Below are positions 10,141 to 20,241 of a stretch of DNA of 42,376 nucleotides, piece after piece; position 1 is the stretch's first letter; every line of letters starts with the position of its first letter. The DNA is taken from the NCBI GenBank assembly GCA_037133055.1, contig JBAXOY010000009.1:1-42376 (forward strand). The letters run 5' to 3'. Both the position numbers and the translations under genes were made by a program. Under the pieces are notes generated by a model, which had not been told where the DNA came from, ran no database searches, and was given only the letters and a program-made list of their open reading frames with translations. This stretch comes from Chlamydiota bacterium (GTDB lineage Bacteria; Auribacterota; Tritonobacteria; UBA1439).

Positions 10141-10157
10141 TTAATCTTGTACCGCCC

Positions 10158-11372
10158 TCAACGCTGCGGAACTGCCCGGTTCCGGATTTCCCTGTCGACG
10201 ACCTCGAGGACCTCCGAGGGACATATCTCCCGAAGGCATCTGAGATCATATGGGCACCGGTATTCCTTTGCGTTGAACATATTGTGGCAGGGGCTGCAAT
10301 AGCACCCGCGATAGAAGACCGTGTGTCCCGTTCCGAGGGGGCCGTAGATCACCGGAGATTCAGGGCCGAAGAACGAAACGGTCCTCGTCCCGACGGCCGC
10401 CGCCATGTGCAGGGGGCCGCTGTCGTTGGTGATAAGGAGCCGGACCTCGCCGAGAAGGGCGATCAACTCCTCCGGGGAGAGCAGCCCCGTCAACGAACTC
10501 ATCCGCGCGCCGCGGATACCCGCCATCACGCGCGCGACGTACGAGGACTCAGATGCGCTCCCGGTGAACACAAAGCGGACCTCCGGATGCCGCGCCGCCG
10601 TCTCCTCCACCAGCGATTCGAAGTGGCCCGCCGGCCATCGCCTCCGCTCCACGCCGATCTCCCCGGCGTTGACGTTCACCGCGACCATCTCTTCCCCGTG
10701 CCGGATCCCGCGGCGCTCCAGCGTGTTCCAGAGGGATTCCCTCCATTCCTTTCGCGCCTCCAAAAGCGGCGCGCCGAGGAACTCCTCGATGCGCGCTTCG
10801 CCCGCACCGGCCGCACGGGCGAGTTCGAGCCATGACACCACGATATGCGCGTACATGTTGTAAAAGACGGGCGTGGTGAGGAGCCGGTTCCCCCGGTACA
10901 TCCGCGGGAGGGAAAAGCCGATTCGCTCGGGCGCCCCCGAGGCGTACATGAGGATGGCCGTGAAACGAGAGACGAACTCGAGATCGATCGTCCGCCTCAC
11001 ACGGAGGCGGCGGAGCCGGCGCACGGCCCGGAGCACGTCCATAGAAAAGGCCATGAGCCCGCTCCGGCGCAGGGGGATGATCTCGTCCGCCATCCGCAGC
11101 GCATCGACCACGGGCACATTTTCGCTGAACGTGAGATAGACGATCTTCGACTTCGGGAAGCCGCGGCGTATCGCCTTCAGCGCGGGAGCGGAGAGGATCA
11201 CGCTCCCCATTCCCCAGAGCTTGACCACCGCGGTGGGGCCGCACGGTTCCCGGGCGCTCTTCGCGCCGGCTCGGATGAACGGATGCGCGGCGATATCAAC
11301 ACAATCGAGGAAGGCACACAGGGCGGTTCCCGCACATCTGTCCAGAAACCGCATCAGGCTGAGTCGCAGCAT
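10158..11372 (-). CDS. GT9 family glycosyltransferase (ADP-heptose:LPS heptosyltransferase-like)
   Basis: KLWGMGSVIL; RRWP; ITNDSGPLHMAAAVGTRTVSFFGP; C-terminal CSPC..C..CL. Confidence 0.88.
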   Translation of the reverse strand: MLRLSLMRFLDRCAGTALCAFLDCVDIAAHPFIRAGAKSAREPCGPTAVVKLWGMGSVILSAPALKAIRRGFPKSKIVYLTFSENVPVVDALRMADEIIPLRRSGLMAFSMDVLRAVRRLRRLRVRRTIDLEFVSRFTAILMYASGAPERIGFSLPRMYRGNRLLTTPVFYNMYAHIVVSWLELARAAGAGEARIEEFLGAPLLEARKEWRESLWNTLERRGIRHGEEMVAVNVNAGEIGVERRRWPAGHFESLVEETAARHPEVRFVFTGSASESSYVARVMAGIRGARMSSLTGLLSPEELIALLGEVRLLITNDSGPLHMAAAVGTRTVSFFGPESPVIYGPLGTGHTVFYRGCYCSPCHNMFNAKEYRCPYDLRCLREICPSEVLEVVDREIRNRAVPQR

Positions 11373-11393
11373 GCACAGGCCTTTCCCCGCATG

Positions 11394-12980
11394 CTAGTCC
11401 GAGGAGGGAGGGGGAGGAATCGGGCCGTAAAAGAAAAATCCATCGGGCGCTGAGCCATTCCGCATGCCGACGTTCGACGGCATCCCGCCCTTCTTTGCGA
11501 CGCTGAACACCGGCTCCCAGCTTTCCGCGACCCCGTTTTCGAGCGCCTCCCCGAGCTCGGGGCTAAGGTACACTGCGCCGATTCCCTTGACCGTCCTGAG
11601 CATTTCGAGGTAATCATAAAACTCATCCGGCATAAGAATCGTGTGGCGGTCTCCGCACCAGGCCATCGGCAGCGCAAGATCCGTGACGATCGCTTCGTCT
11701 TTCGTGAAGCGTTCGACCATAGCCGGTATCGATCCGCTCGTGAACGAGGACCCATCCGGGTTCATAAACCAGGAATCGGTCGGCAGCAACACCAGCACGC
11801 CTATCATGACGAAACCGTACAGGGGGCGGCGATGCTCGCCGAAATTCTGGAATAATTTCACGAGGTATGCGGCAGCCACGCAGCAGCCGAACGGAAGAAA
11901 TATAAGATAGCATGCCCGCCCAGAGGCAAGCCGCGTTCCCCACCCCAGAAAGAGCCACAGGGATATGAAGGCGGCGTAAAACAGTTTCCTGATCTTTTCG
12001 AATCCGTAATCGCCGAGCGGCTGCAGGACCGCGGTAACGACGAGAACCATGAGGAGATTCTCCCAGCAGTATGTTGGGAGACTCCTCAGGCTTGCCAATG
12101 CCACCCGGTAAGAATATAAATGCCGGATACCGAATGAGGGGACGGAAAAAGCAACGAGCTGCCGGGGACCGACCAGGCCCGGAAGAAACCGCAGCCCCCA
12201 GAAGGGGCTACCCGTCACAACCCAGTCCCTGATGAGCCAGGGCCCCCCCAGGAGGAGGAAACCGCCGAGGAAAGCGAGGATGTTGGGCCATCGGGATACG
12301 GAGCGGGTAACAAGGAAATACACGCCGACGGGGATCACGAAGACCAGGAACACGGGGTTTGCGAGGCTGCAGAGCCCAAGGGCCGCCCCGCAGGCCGCGA
12401 TTCCCGCGATCCCCCGCCCCTCCGCGCAGTACACCATGCACAGGAGAAGGCTGAACAGGAGAGCGGGAAGCACCATCATCCCCCCCGTCTCCGTTTGCTT
12501 CAGCATCAACGGATTGAACATGAGCATGAGGGTGGCGAGGACGGCTGTCCTGATCCCGAACAGACGCTCCGACACGAGAAAAAGCAGGGCGACCTGCGCG
12601 AGGAACAGCGCGATCGCACAGAGCAGAACACCGGTGTTCCCGACGCCGAAGACCGTGAAGAACAAGGCGAGCAGCATGCTGTAGAGCGGGGGAGAAAAAA
12701 GGCTCGGGTGCCTGAGCGCGTTCGGGACAAGGCGAAGCCCCATGGGCGTGACGAATCCTGAAGCGAAGCCCTCGCCCCGGCAGAGATGTTTCGCAACCTC
12801 GGCCCCTTCCAATGCAGCGGTGGAAAAAAGGGTCAAGAAGCAGCACTGGCTGAGCCAGAGATATAGTGCGACGATCAGGAGACACGCCGCGCTCACCATC
12901 ACAAGGCACCATACGGCAACAGCGGGCTGCAGCCGCGAACGAGAGGAATATTCCGGGGTGCTGCGCGAACTGATCGCCAT
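11394..12980 (-). CDS. ArnT/PMT-like (GT83/GT39) membrane glycosyltransferase
   Basis: A.HL..GEGF; PPLYSMLLA; GAALGLCSL; PWLIRDWVVTGSPF. Start set at ATG 12980 with GGAG upstream. Confidence 0.75.
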   Translation of the reverse strand: MAISSRSTPEYSSRSRLQPAVAVWCLVMVSAACLLIVALYLWLSQCCFLTLFSTAALEGAEVAKHLCRGEGFASGFVTPMGLRLVPNALRHPSLFSPPLYSMLLALFFTVFGVGNTGVLLCAIALFLAQVALLFLVSERLFGIRTAVLATLMLMFNPLMLKQTETGGMMVLPALLFSLLLCMVYCAEGRGIAGIAACGAALGLCSLANPVFLVFVIPVGVYFLVTRSVSRWPNILAFLGGFLLLGGPWLIRDWVVTGSPFWGLRFLPGLVGPRQLVAFSVPSFGIRHLYSYRVALASLRSLPTYCWENLLMVLVVTAVLQPLGDYGFEKIRKLFYAAFISLWLFLGWGTRLASGRACYLIFLPFGCCVAAAYLVKLFQNFGEHRRPLYGFVMIGVLVLLPTDSWFMNPDGSSFTSGSIPAMVERFTKDEAIVTDLALPMAWCGDRHTILMPDEFYDYLEMLRTVKGIGAVYLSPELGEALENGVAESWEPVFSVAKKGGMPSNVGMRNGSAPDGFFFYGPIPPPPSSD

Positions 12981-13090
12981 ACTCACGCTCCCTGCACGAG
13001 GGTGAAGAGAACCGTGGCCATGCACGAAGCTGCTATCCGCCGCCCCTGTGCGTCGGCCATACCCCACTGCACTTCACGGGCCACGCGAGT

Positions 13091-13119
13091 ATGGTATAGC
13101 ATTTGCGCCCATAGTGCAA
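13091..13119 (-). promoter_or_regulatory. Possible sigma70-type promoter for the 12980 gene
   Basis: Minus strand TTGCAC-N17-TACCAT in the intergenic gap. Confidence 0.4.
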
Positions 13120-13165
13120 GAGGAACGGCGGTCCGTGCCGACAGCCCGTGCACAGGGGGGAGGCG

Positions 13166-14644
13166 TCAGCGGTCCCCGCGGGGGCGGTTCCACGCCTCCG
13201 CCCGATCACGGAGGAGATAGCGCGCATACTTCAGCGCCGCCCGCGCGGTCCTCACCATCTCTCCCGGGCGCGCGACCGCCTGCCGGAGCTTGGCGAGAAG
13301 GTACGCCGGGCGCAAGTGGTACCCAAGGTAATAGCGCCGGCAGAGCGCGACCAGGCGTTCCGAGGGCAGGCCGGGGAGGTTGATCACGCACCGGTAATCG
13401 CCTTTCTCGTCCAGCCAGTCTCGAAAATCGGTGGCGGCGAGGGCACCTGTTTTCACCGCCCACGCATACGCCTCGGTCCCCGGGTAGACAATGAGGGGGA
13501 AGAACTGCATGCTGTCGCAGTTGAGTTCGCGCGCGAACCTGAAGCTCTCCGCAAGGGTCTCCTCCGTCTCCCCCGGGTTCCCCGCCATGATGCAGCCGTG
13601 GATCAAAAGCCCGGCCCTCTTTGCGTCCCGGGCGAAGCGCCGCATGGTCTCCACGCCTATCCCCTTGTGCATCGCGTCGAGGACCGCCTGGCTCCCGCTC
13701 TCGAAGCCGACGACGATCAGCCTGCACCCCGCCCTCCGCATCTTCACCATGAGGTCGAAGGGAAGATCGGCCCGTGCGTTGCAGTACCACGGCAGGCGCC
13801 ACCGCTCCGCGATAAGGCGGTCGCAGATCTCGGCGCAGCGCCTCCGGTCGGCGGTGAAGGTGTCATCCTCGAAACCGATCTCATTGACCGCGGGGAGGTG
13901 CTCACGGACAAAGCGGAACTCCTCGACGACGTTCCCCGGGCTGCGTGGGCGGTAGGCGCGGCCGTGAAACGTCTGGGGATAGACGCAGAAAAAACAGCGG
14001 TGCGGACAACCCCGTCCCGAGATGGTCATCACCATCGGGTAGCGCGCCGCGGCGAAAAAGTAGTTGCGCACATCCAGGTGCCGGCGGCACACCGAGGTCA
14101 CGAAGGGGAGCGCGTCGAGATCGTCGATCAGGGGCCGCGGCGGGGTGTGCCGCACGCCGCCCGCGTCCCGGAAACTCAGGCCGGCAACGGTGTCCATGCC
14201 ACGCCCCTGCGTGAGGGCCTCGCAGAGATCCCGCAGCGTGTAGTCGTATTCCCCACGCGCGACCGCGCCGATCGCCGGGGTCAAACCGAGCGTCCAGTCC
14301 GGCATCGCCGAGGGGTGCGTGCCCACCATGACGACGGCGCTGCGCGGGTACCGCTCCTTGTAAAAATCCGCGGAACGCGCGTCCTCATGGATGGAGGGGG
14401 TGCTCGTGTCGAGCACGACGAGATCCGGTGTCCATCCGCCGAGCCTCGCCGCCACGTCCGGATTCCCGATGCACTCCGCGGGGGCGTCGATGAGGCGGAC
14501 CGCATGGCCCGATTGCTCGAGCACACCGGCGGCGTAGGCGAGCCAGATCGGGTAGTAGATGGTGCCGCCCTTCGCGACCGCGGGGCTGCGGGAGGCGCGC
14601 GAGTACCGGTCGAGGAACGGGGGATTCAGCAGGAGGACGTTCAT
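13166..14644 (-). CDS. B12-binding radical SAM protein (HpnJ-like N-terminus)
   Basis: MNVLLLNPP..RYSRASRSPAVAKGGTIYYPIWLAYAA; SGRGCPHRCFFC; FEDDTFT; VGFESG. Start trimmed to ATG 14644. Confidence 0.9.
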   Translation of the reverse strand: MNVLLLNPPFLDRYSRASRSPAVAKGGTIYYPIWLAYAAGVLEQSGHAVRLIDAPAECIGNPDVAARLGGWTPDLVVLDTSTPSIHEDARSADFYKERYPRSAVVMVGTHPSAMPDWTLGLTPAIGAVARGEYDYTLRDLCEALTQGRGMDTVAGLSFRDAGGVRHTPPRPLIDDLDALPFVTSVCRRHLDVRNYFFAAARYPMVMTISGRGCPHRCFFCVYPQTFHGRAYRPRSPGNVVEEFRFVREHLPAVNEIGFEDDTFTADRRRCAEICDRLIAERWRLPWYCNARADLPFDLMVKMRRAGCRLIVVGFESGSQAVLDAMHKGIGVETMRRFARDAKRAGLLIHGCIMAGNPGETEETLAESFRFARELNCDSMQFFPLIVYPGTEAYAWAVKTGALAATDFRDWLDEKGDYRCVINLPGLPSERLVALCRRYYLGYHLRPAYLLAKLRQAVARPGEMVRTARAALKYARYLLRDRAEAWNRPRGDR

Positions 14645-15067
14645 GACCGGCTTTCCCCCGCGTGGGACGCCCTCTCTCCCTCTCCGCCGCGCGGCGCGCA
14701 CACACGCATCAGAATGGCCGGCAGTAGAAAAAGCACGGCGGGCCGCACCGAGTGAATCCACCCGATTTTTATCATGGGGGCATATCCCGCACGAGGAGCT
14801 CAGGAACCTTTTGCCAGAGAGATCCCGATTTCTTTCCCCGGGAAAGCCTCAACGTGCAATAGTATGGCATAATTATTGTAACTCGGTCCGTATATTTGAT
14901 ACAGTGTGCGGCATCGAAACGGGTTTCGGCGATGGCGGAGGCACCCTGCGGGGTATCTTAAGGCGGTTCACCTCGCAGGGGCGCCCGGGGGCCGCATCCC
15001 CCGGAAATTCACGCGTCATGCACGGCGAATCCCTCAGTAGCCCGGGGTATCCAGCGGGAGGCAAGGT

Positions 15068-16822
15068 ATGATAATAGTGGGAATGTTTGGACTCGGGACT
15101 AGTAACGGCTGCAATCCTTCCGCCTGCCTGCTTGTAGACGGCAAACTTGTGGCCATGGCGGAAGAGGAGCGCTTCCTGCGATTCAAGGGGGGGTGGAGTC
15201 GTTTTCCCGTCAAGGCGACCCAGTTCTGCCTGAAGTGGGGAGGCATCGACCTGAGCGACGTGGATTACATTGCATTCGGGTGGGACGGCACGAAATACCC
15301 ATGGCGCATGCTGCCCTTTCTCGGGAAGGCATGGGCTCGCTATACCCGTTTCGGCACGATTCGGGTGGACTCGGATCGGGACATTTATGCGAATCTGGCG
15401 CTCTGCAGCGCTGCGCACCTCCGGCATCAGATCACGGACACCCTGCGCGCAGCAGGATGTATGGGCAAAGTCCCCCCCATAGAGTTCATTCCCCACCACG
15501 TCGCCCATGCCGCAAGCGCTTTTTATTGCTCGGGCTTTGATAAAAGCGCCATCCTCATAATCGACGGGAGTGGAGAGATGGACTGCACCTCTTCCTTTAC
15601 GGGCGAGGGGCTCCGCATTGCCCCCCATCCCTCGGCCCACTATGCCATCCCGAACTCGCTCGGCTGGTTCTACGCCGGCATGACGGAGTACCTCGGTTTC
15701 AAACCGTACAACGATGAGGGGAAGGTCATGGGGCTCGCCCCGTATGGACGCCATGACGAGGGGATCGCCCGGAAGGTCGCGAACGTCATCAGCCACCGCA
15801 ACGGGCGGTACCGGGTCGATCCGTCGTACCTCACCCTGGGAAGGCACACTTACGGCAAGTACTTCTCCGACCGGATGGTGAAACTTTTCGGTCAGCCCCG
15901 CGCGCGGGAATCCGCGCTGCAGCAGATCCACAAGGACACCGCGTGGGAGGTGCAGGACGCGCTCGAGCGGTCCGCCACCGCGATGGTGGACAGGTTCATG
16001 GAGGAGACAGGCGCCGAGAACCTCTGCCTGGCGGGCGGGGTCTGCATGAACTGCAAGATGAACGGCGTTCTTCGGACCAACTCGCGCGTAAAGAACATCT
16101 TTGTGCAGCCGGTGAGCAGCGACGGGGGCACATCCCTGGGCGCCGCCCTTGTGCTGAGCGCCCGCCTCGGGGAGGACCCCCGCTTCCGCATGGAGCACGC
16201 GTACTGGGGCCCCTCGTATTCCGACGGCGACATCAGGAAGGAACTGGACGAGTACAAGGCCCCCTACACCAGGGTTGAGAACATCGAAGCGGTCGCTGCG
16301 CGCCTGATTGCCGAGGGGAAATTCATCGGATGGTTCCAAGGGAGGATGGAGATGGGGGCACGCGCGCTCGGGAACCGCTCGATCCTTGCGGACGCCCGAA
16401 ATCCGGAGGTCAAGGACAGAATAAATCGCGAGGTAAAACACCGCGAAGCATTCCGTCCGTTCGCCCCTTCGCTCCTGGACGAGGCGAAAGACCGCATCCT
16501 CAAGAGTTCCAGCGAGTCACCCTTCATGATCCTTGCGTATCATGTAAGCGAGGACACCAAGAAACTGATACCCGCTGTCGTGCATGTTGACGGGACCGTG
16601 CGGCCGCACACGGTCAAAAAAGACGCAAATCCGCGCTACTGGAAACTCATCAAGGAATTCGAGGCGCTCACCGGTGTCCCCGTCATACTCAACACCTCAT
16701 TCAATGTCAGGGGTGAACCGATTATCTGTGCCCCCGGGGATGCCATCAGATGCTTCTACGGCACCGGGCTGGACGCCCTCGTGATCGGCGATTACCTGCT
16801 CACCAAACCGAGGAAGACATGA
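15068..16822 (+). CDS. Carbamoyltransferase, NodU/CmcH family
   Basis: AEEERF; HHVAHAASAFY; EGKVMGLAPYG; LAGGVCMNC; GRMEMGARALGNRSILA; FRPFAP; HVDGTVR; LNTSFNVRGEPI. Confidence 0.95.
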   Translation: MIIVGMFGLGTSNGCNPSACLLVDGKLVAMAEEERFLRFKGGWSRFPVKATQFCLKWGGIDLSDVDYIAFGWDGTKYPWRMLPFLGKAWARYTRFGTIRVDSDRDIYANLALCSAAHLRHQITDTLRAAGCMGKVPPIEFIPHHVAHAASAFYCSGFDKSAILIIDGSGEMDCTSSFTGEGLRIAPHPSAHYAIPNSLGWFYAGMTEYLGFKPYNDEGKVMGLAPYGRHDEGIARKVANVISHRNGRYRVDPSYLTLGRHTYGKYFSDRMVKLFGQPRARESALQQIHKDTAWEVQDALERSATAMVDRFMEETGAENLCLAGGVCMNCKMNGVLRTNSRVKNIFVQPVSSDGGTSLGAALVLSARLGEDPRFRMEHAYWGPSYSDGDIRKELDEYKAPYTRVENIEAVAARLIAEGKFIGWFQGRMEMGARALGNRSILADARNPEVKDRINREVKHREAFRPFAPSLLDEAKDRILKSSSESPFMILAYHVSEDTKKLIPAVVHVDGTVRPHTVKKDANPRYWKLIKEFEALTGVPVILNTSFNVRGEPIICAPGDAIRCFYGTGLDALVIGDYLLTKPRKT

Positions 16823-17631
16823 TGCGAGACTGCAAAAAAACGGTTTTCCTAACCCTCGACTTGGAGCCGGATCATTGTGATCTCGTCGAGGGGAGCCCGT
16901 ATCAATCATTCTCGGGGATCGACGAGGTTATCCGACTTACCGGCGAGAAAGGAGTTCCGCTCACGGTCTTCGTCGCCGGCCGGGTGTTCGATGAAAAACC
17001 TGATGCAGTACAGCGTTTTGTCGACGCAGGCGCAGAGATTGAACTCCACGGTTACAGCCACAAGCGCACCGAGGGGGGATGCCAGGCGATCGCGCGCGGG
17101 CTGGACGCCTACCGGCGCATGCTCGGCCGGTCTCCGCTCGGTTATCGAGCCCCCCTGGGGATGATCACCGACGCCGAGATCGCATGTCTCGCCCGCGAGG
17201 GATTCCTCTATGACTCAAGTCTCTTCCCCTCTCTGTTCCCCGGGAGGTTTTGCAATATCCGTGCTTCCGCGGCCCCCTTCATTCATCCCGGGACGCAACT
17301 GCTCGAGATCCCGATCTCGGTAGTCCCCATGATGAGATTCCCTGTGTCGTTCAGCTATATCCAGCTCGCAAGTTATCCCGTCTTCCGCATACTCGCGTTT
17401 CTCTTTGGCCTCCCAAATTCGATCATTGTGAATTTTCATCTTCATGATGTGTTCCCATCATCCGTTTTCAGAGGTCTGCCGTTGAAGTGGAAGATTATTT
17501 ATTCGCGGTTTTTCCTGAGGAACCGGAAGCGTGGCATCAAGGATTTCACTCGTCTGCTCTCCCTGTTCAAGTCGGCCGGTTACAGTTTTGCGAGATTGAA
17601 GGACCTTCATGCCGCGTACACGAGGGTGTAG
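16819..17631 (+). CDS. Polysaccharide deacetylase (NodB/CE4-like)
   Basis: LTLDLE; ELHGYSH; GYRAP; YDSS. ATGA overlap with the carbamoyltransferase stop. Confidence 0.88.
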   Translation: MMRDCKKTVFLTLDLEPDHCDLVEGSPYQSFSGIDEVIRLTGEKGVPLTVFVAGRVFDEKPDAVQRFVDAGAEIELHGYSHKRTEGGCQAIARGLDAYRRMLGRSPLGYRAPLGMITDAEIACLAREGFLYDSSLFPSLFPGRFCNIRASAAPFIHPGTQLLEIPISVVPMMRFPVSFSYIQLASYPVFRILAFLFGLPNSIIVNFHLHDVFPSSVFRGLPLKWKIIYSRFFLRNRKRGIKDFTRLLSLFKSAGYSFARLKDLHAAYTRV

Positions 17632-17683
17632 CGCACTGGAGTGCGACTCTTCGACCACGCCTGTATTCTCCTTCTGAAAAACC

Positions 17684-19921
17684 CTATCCCCCGCGGGGAG
17701 TGCCCCCGCCGCGCGGCGCGTAGAGACGCAGCTCGCTGATCGACCAACATTCGGACGGGAGCGTCTGGGTGAGTCTGAGATACCGCGCCTTCCTCGCGGG
17801 GAAGGAGAGCTCGAACGTCCTTTCCCGCGGGTTGCGCAGCAGCGAGACGACGAGGTCGCGATATGCCCCGAGCGTCTCGAGCCGTTCCCAGCGGATCCCG
17901 TCCGCGGAGACCTCGGCCTCGAGCCCGCGGGGGTATTCCCTGAAGCCGCGGTAGTCCATGGCGATCCGTGACAGTTCGATCGGCCGGCCGAAATCGACCT
18001 GGAGCCGGTTGCCGTTGTTGTACACATCGAAGCCGCGCATGATGTCCCATGCGGTCGCGGGGTTCCGGTCGAATATCCGCGGGGTCTCGTCGGGATGGAT
18101 ATTCGCCGTCACGCGCCACCCGCGCTCCGGGGGAATCTCCGCGGCATCCGCGCGTTCCCCGCCGCCTGGCGCGGGCTTCCCCGGCGCGGGCGCGAACACC
18201 CAGCTCGACCCGAACCGCCCGGATGGAACCAGTTCGTCCGGGAGGCGGAGGGCGTCTTCCACGACTCGCCTCCCCGTTCCCCGCCCCGTGTTCAACCGCC
18301 TGTCCTCGTCGTAGTCGTACCAGTCGGCGTGAACGATAACGTAGCGGACCCCGAGCGCCCGCAGCACGTCGATCGTCTCGGGGGCGGGGAAATGGGCCAT
18401 CAGGTCCGCCAGCGGCCAGTACTCGGGGGGCCTGAAGCTCGCGTAGCCGTTGACGATGCGCTTGCCGTGGTAGAGAGACCAGCGCATGTACTCGTTCTCA
18501 TGCCCGGCTGACTCGAACTCCCCCCCGTCCGCCGGCATCGGCAGCTCGATGACGCCGAACTCCCCCGGCTGCTGCTTCAGCCATCGGTACACCGGGAGAG
18601 GCTGGGTGGACACGGGGGCGTTCAGGGCGGTGAAATAATCGCCCGCCGCATTCCGGTTGTAATATTCCGTGAAGAGCCCCACCAGAATCGCAGCGAGAAG
18701 AAGCGCCCTGCCCCTCGACCGCCCCATCCGATCAAGGAGCGACGAAGCCCCCTCGCCGCAGAAAAGAGCGAAGGGGATGATCGCAAGAATCACGGTCCAG
18801 CCGATCCCGCGGAGGCTCTTGAACCCCGGCACCAGATAATACAACAGGAGGTACGGCCCCGGGCACAACTTGTGGCCGAAAACGTACACCGCGGGGCCGA
18901 ACGAGATGAGCACCCCGGCGATGCCGATCAGGATGAGGAAACCCCTCTCCCCGCTTCGGGCAAGGCGGGAGTGCCGCCGGAATACGCCGATGATGCACAG
19001 CGCGCCGGCGATGAGCCCGGGGAAGAGGTACTGCGCACCGATAAGCCTATACCGTTTCGTGATCCCGCCGTACAGGGCGTTCGTCGGCGGCGCCGCAAGG
19101 TATGCCTTCGCATCGCAGGAGAGTATCTGCGTCTCCTCGATCCCGCGCGTCATATCGCTCGTCCCGCGGTAGCCGCTGAATAAGACGTAGGTCATGATAA
19201 GCGGGGCAACGATGAGCGTCGCAATAGCACATGCGGCGGCGAGGCCGGCGAGTGTGCGTCCGCGCAGGCGGAGGCGCCCCCGCAGGGCATGCCACGCGAG
19301 GAACAGGGCCACCATGAGGAAGAAGACAAGCCCCGAGAAGATGTCGCTGATGCACAGCATCCCGAAGCAGAACCCGAAGATGGCGCAGGGGAGAAACCGC
19401 ATCCCTCCGGAGACGACGAACTCGTGCAGTGCGAGAAGGACGAGGCATGCCCAGAAGTTCGCCATGGTCCCCACCAGTTGCGGCGCCGAAAATCGGAAGG
19501 GACAGAAGGCGTACACAAATCCGGCGACGACGGCCGGGCCGGCGCCCCACAGCAGGTGCCGGGCGAGGAGATACATACACCAGCCGTTCAGGAAAAAATA
19601 GAGGAGGATGTAGAAGTTGTAGGCGAGGACCGGATTTCCGCTCGCGAGATACACGGGCCCCGCGATGAGGTAAATCCCCGGGACCAGCATGTTGTTCAGC
19701 ATGGTCCGCGCATGGGGAAAAAGGAATCGCGATTCCAGCAGCGTAACCGGATGCGTCCATATTTTGGATCCCTCGCCGACACAATACGCGCCCTGGAGGC
19801 TGTTGTACGGGTCGCCCAGCCTGCTCCCCATCCCGAGAGACTGCGGCCAGGTCATGAGGATCGTAAGAAAGAAAAAGAGTGCGGCGGGCCACGCCGCGCG
19901 GACTACTCCGATTTTCATCAT
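17684..19921 (-). CDS. GT-C-like membrane protein with C-terminal discoidin (F5/8 type C) domain
   Basis: N-terminal LMTWP..GDP; AGFVYAFCPFR; SFGP..PGPY; IVNGYASF. C-terminal FDRNPATAW..LQVDFG..VSADGIRW..ARYLRL..WSISEL. Confidence 0.78.
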   Translation of the reverse strand: MMKIGVVRAAWPAALFFFLTILMTWPQSLGMGSRLGDPYNSLQGAYCVGEGSKIWTHPVTLLESRFLFPHARTMLNNMLVPGIYLIAGPVYLASGNPVLAYNFYILLYFFLNGWCMYLLARHLLWGAGPAVVAGFVYAFCPFRFSAPQLVGTMANFWACLVLLALHEFVVSGGMRFLPCAIFGFCFGMLCISDIFSGLVFFLMVALFLAWHALRGRLRLRGRTLAGLAAACAIATLIVAPLIMTYVLFSGYRGTSDMTRGIEETQILSCDAKAYLAAPPTNALYGGITKRYRLIGAQYLFPGLIAGALCIIGVFRRHSRLARSGERGFLILIGIAGVLISFGPAVYVFGHKLCPGPYLLLYYLVPGFKSLRGIGWTVILAIIPFALFCGEGASSLLDRMGRSRGRALLLAAILVGLFTEYYNRNAAGDYFTALNAPVSTQPLPVYRWLKQQPGEFGVIELPMPADGGEFESAGHENEYMRWSLYHGKRIVNGYASFRPPEYWPLADLMAHFPAPETIDVLRALGVRYVIVHADWYDYDEDRRLNTGRGTGRRVVEDALRLPDELVPSGRFGSSWVFAPAPGKPAPGGGERADAAEIPPERGWRVTANIHPDETPRIFDRNPATAWDIMRGFDVYNNGNRLQVDFGRPIELSRIAMDYRGFREYPRGLEAEVSADGIRWERLETLGAYRDLVVSLLRNPRERTFELSFPARKARYLRLTQTLPSECWSISELRLYAPRGGGTPRGG

Positions 19922-20241
19922 AGAGATATGAATTCACCCAGGTCCAAAAGAGCGTTTTCCGGACAGCATCCAGTGTCATGTAAAGTCTACCCGTGATGCC
20001 AAAATCAAAAAGCCAGAATCAAAAAGCACTCACTCCGCGCCATAATGTGGCATACTTACTATGTGTGTGTCAATGTAAGGCGTCCGGATTTGAAGGGGGG
20101 GGCGACTGTCGGCTCTCCGGCATTCGTGGCGTGCCTCCAGCCCGAGAACAGATGGGAGACCGAGCATTCGGCGGTTCACCGTACCGCGATCTCGCCGCGG
20201 GATGCCCTAATCGCGGGAATCGCTCAATGCGGGAGAATACG

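Noticed and set aside
14645..15067. Divergent intergenic region as a riboswitch or ops/JUMPstart site
   Set aside because: Only an AT-rich patch near 14855-14900 is visible; I could not identify cobalamin or SAM riboswitch or ops motifs by eye.
8719..16441. Long antisense ORFs such as 8719..10302 +, 13148..14755 + and 14873..16441 -
   Set aside because: They are shadows of well-supported genes on the opposite strand in GC-rich DNA and have no recognisable motifs.
19993..20241. N-terminal extension of FkbM or a small RNA in this gap
   Set aside because: The translation does not look protein-like, a better RBS precedes 20242, and I recognise no RNA family.
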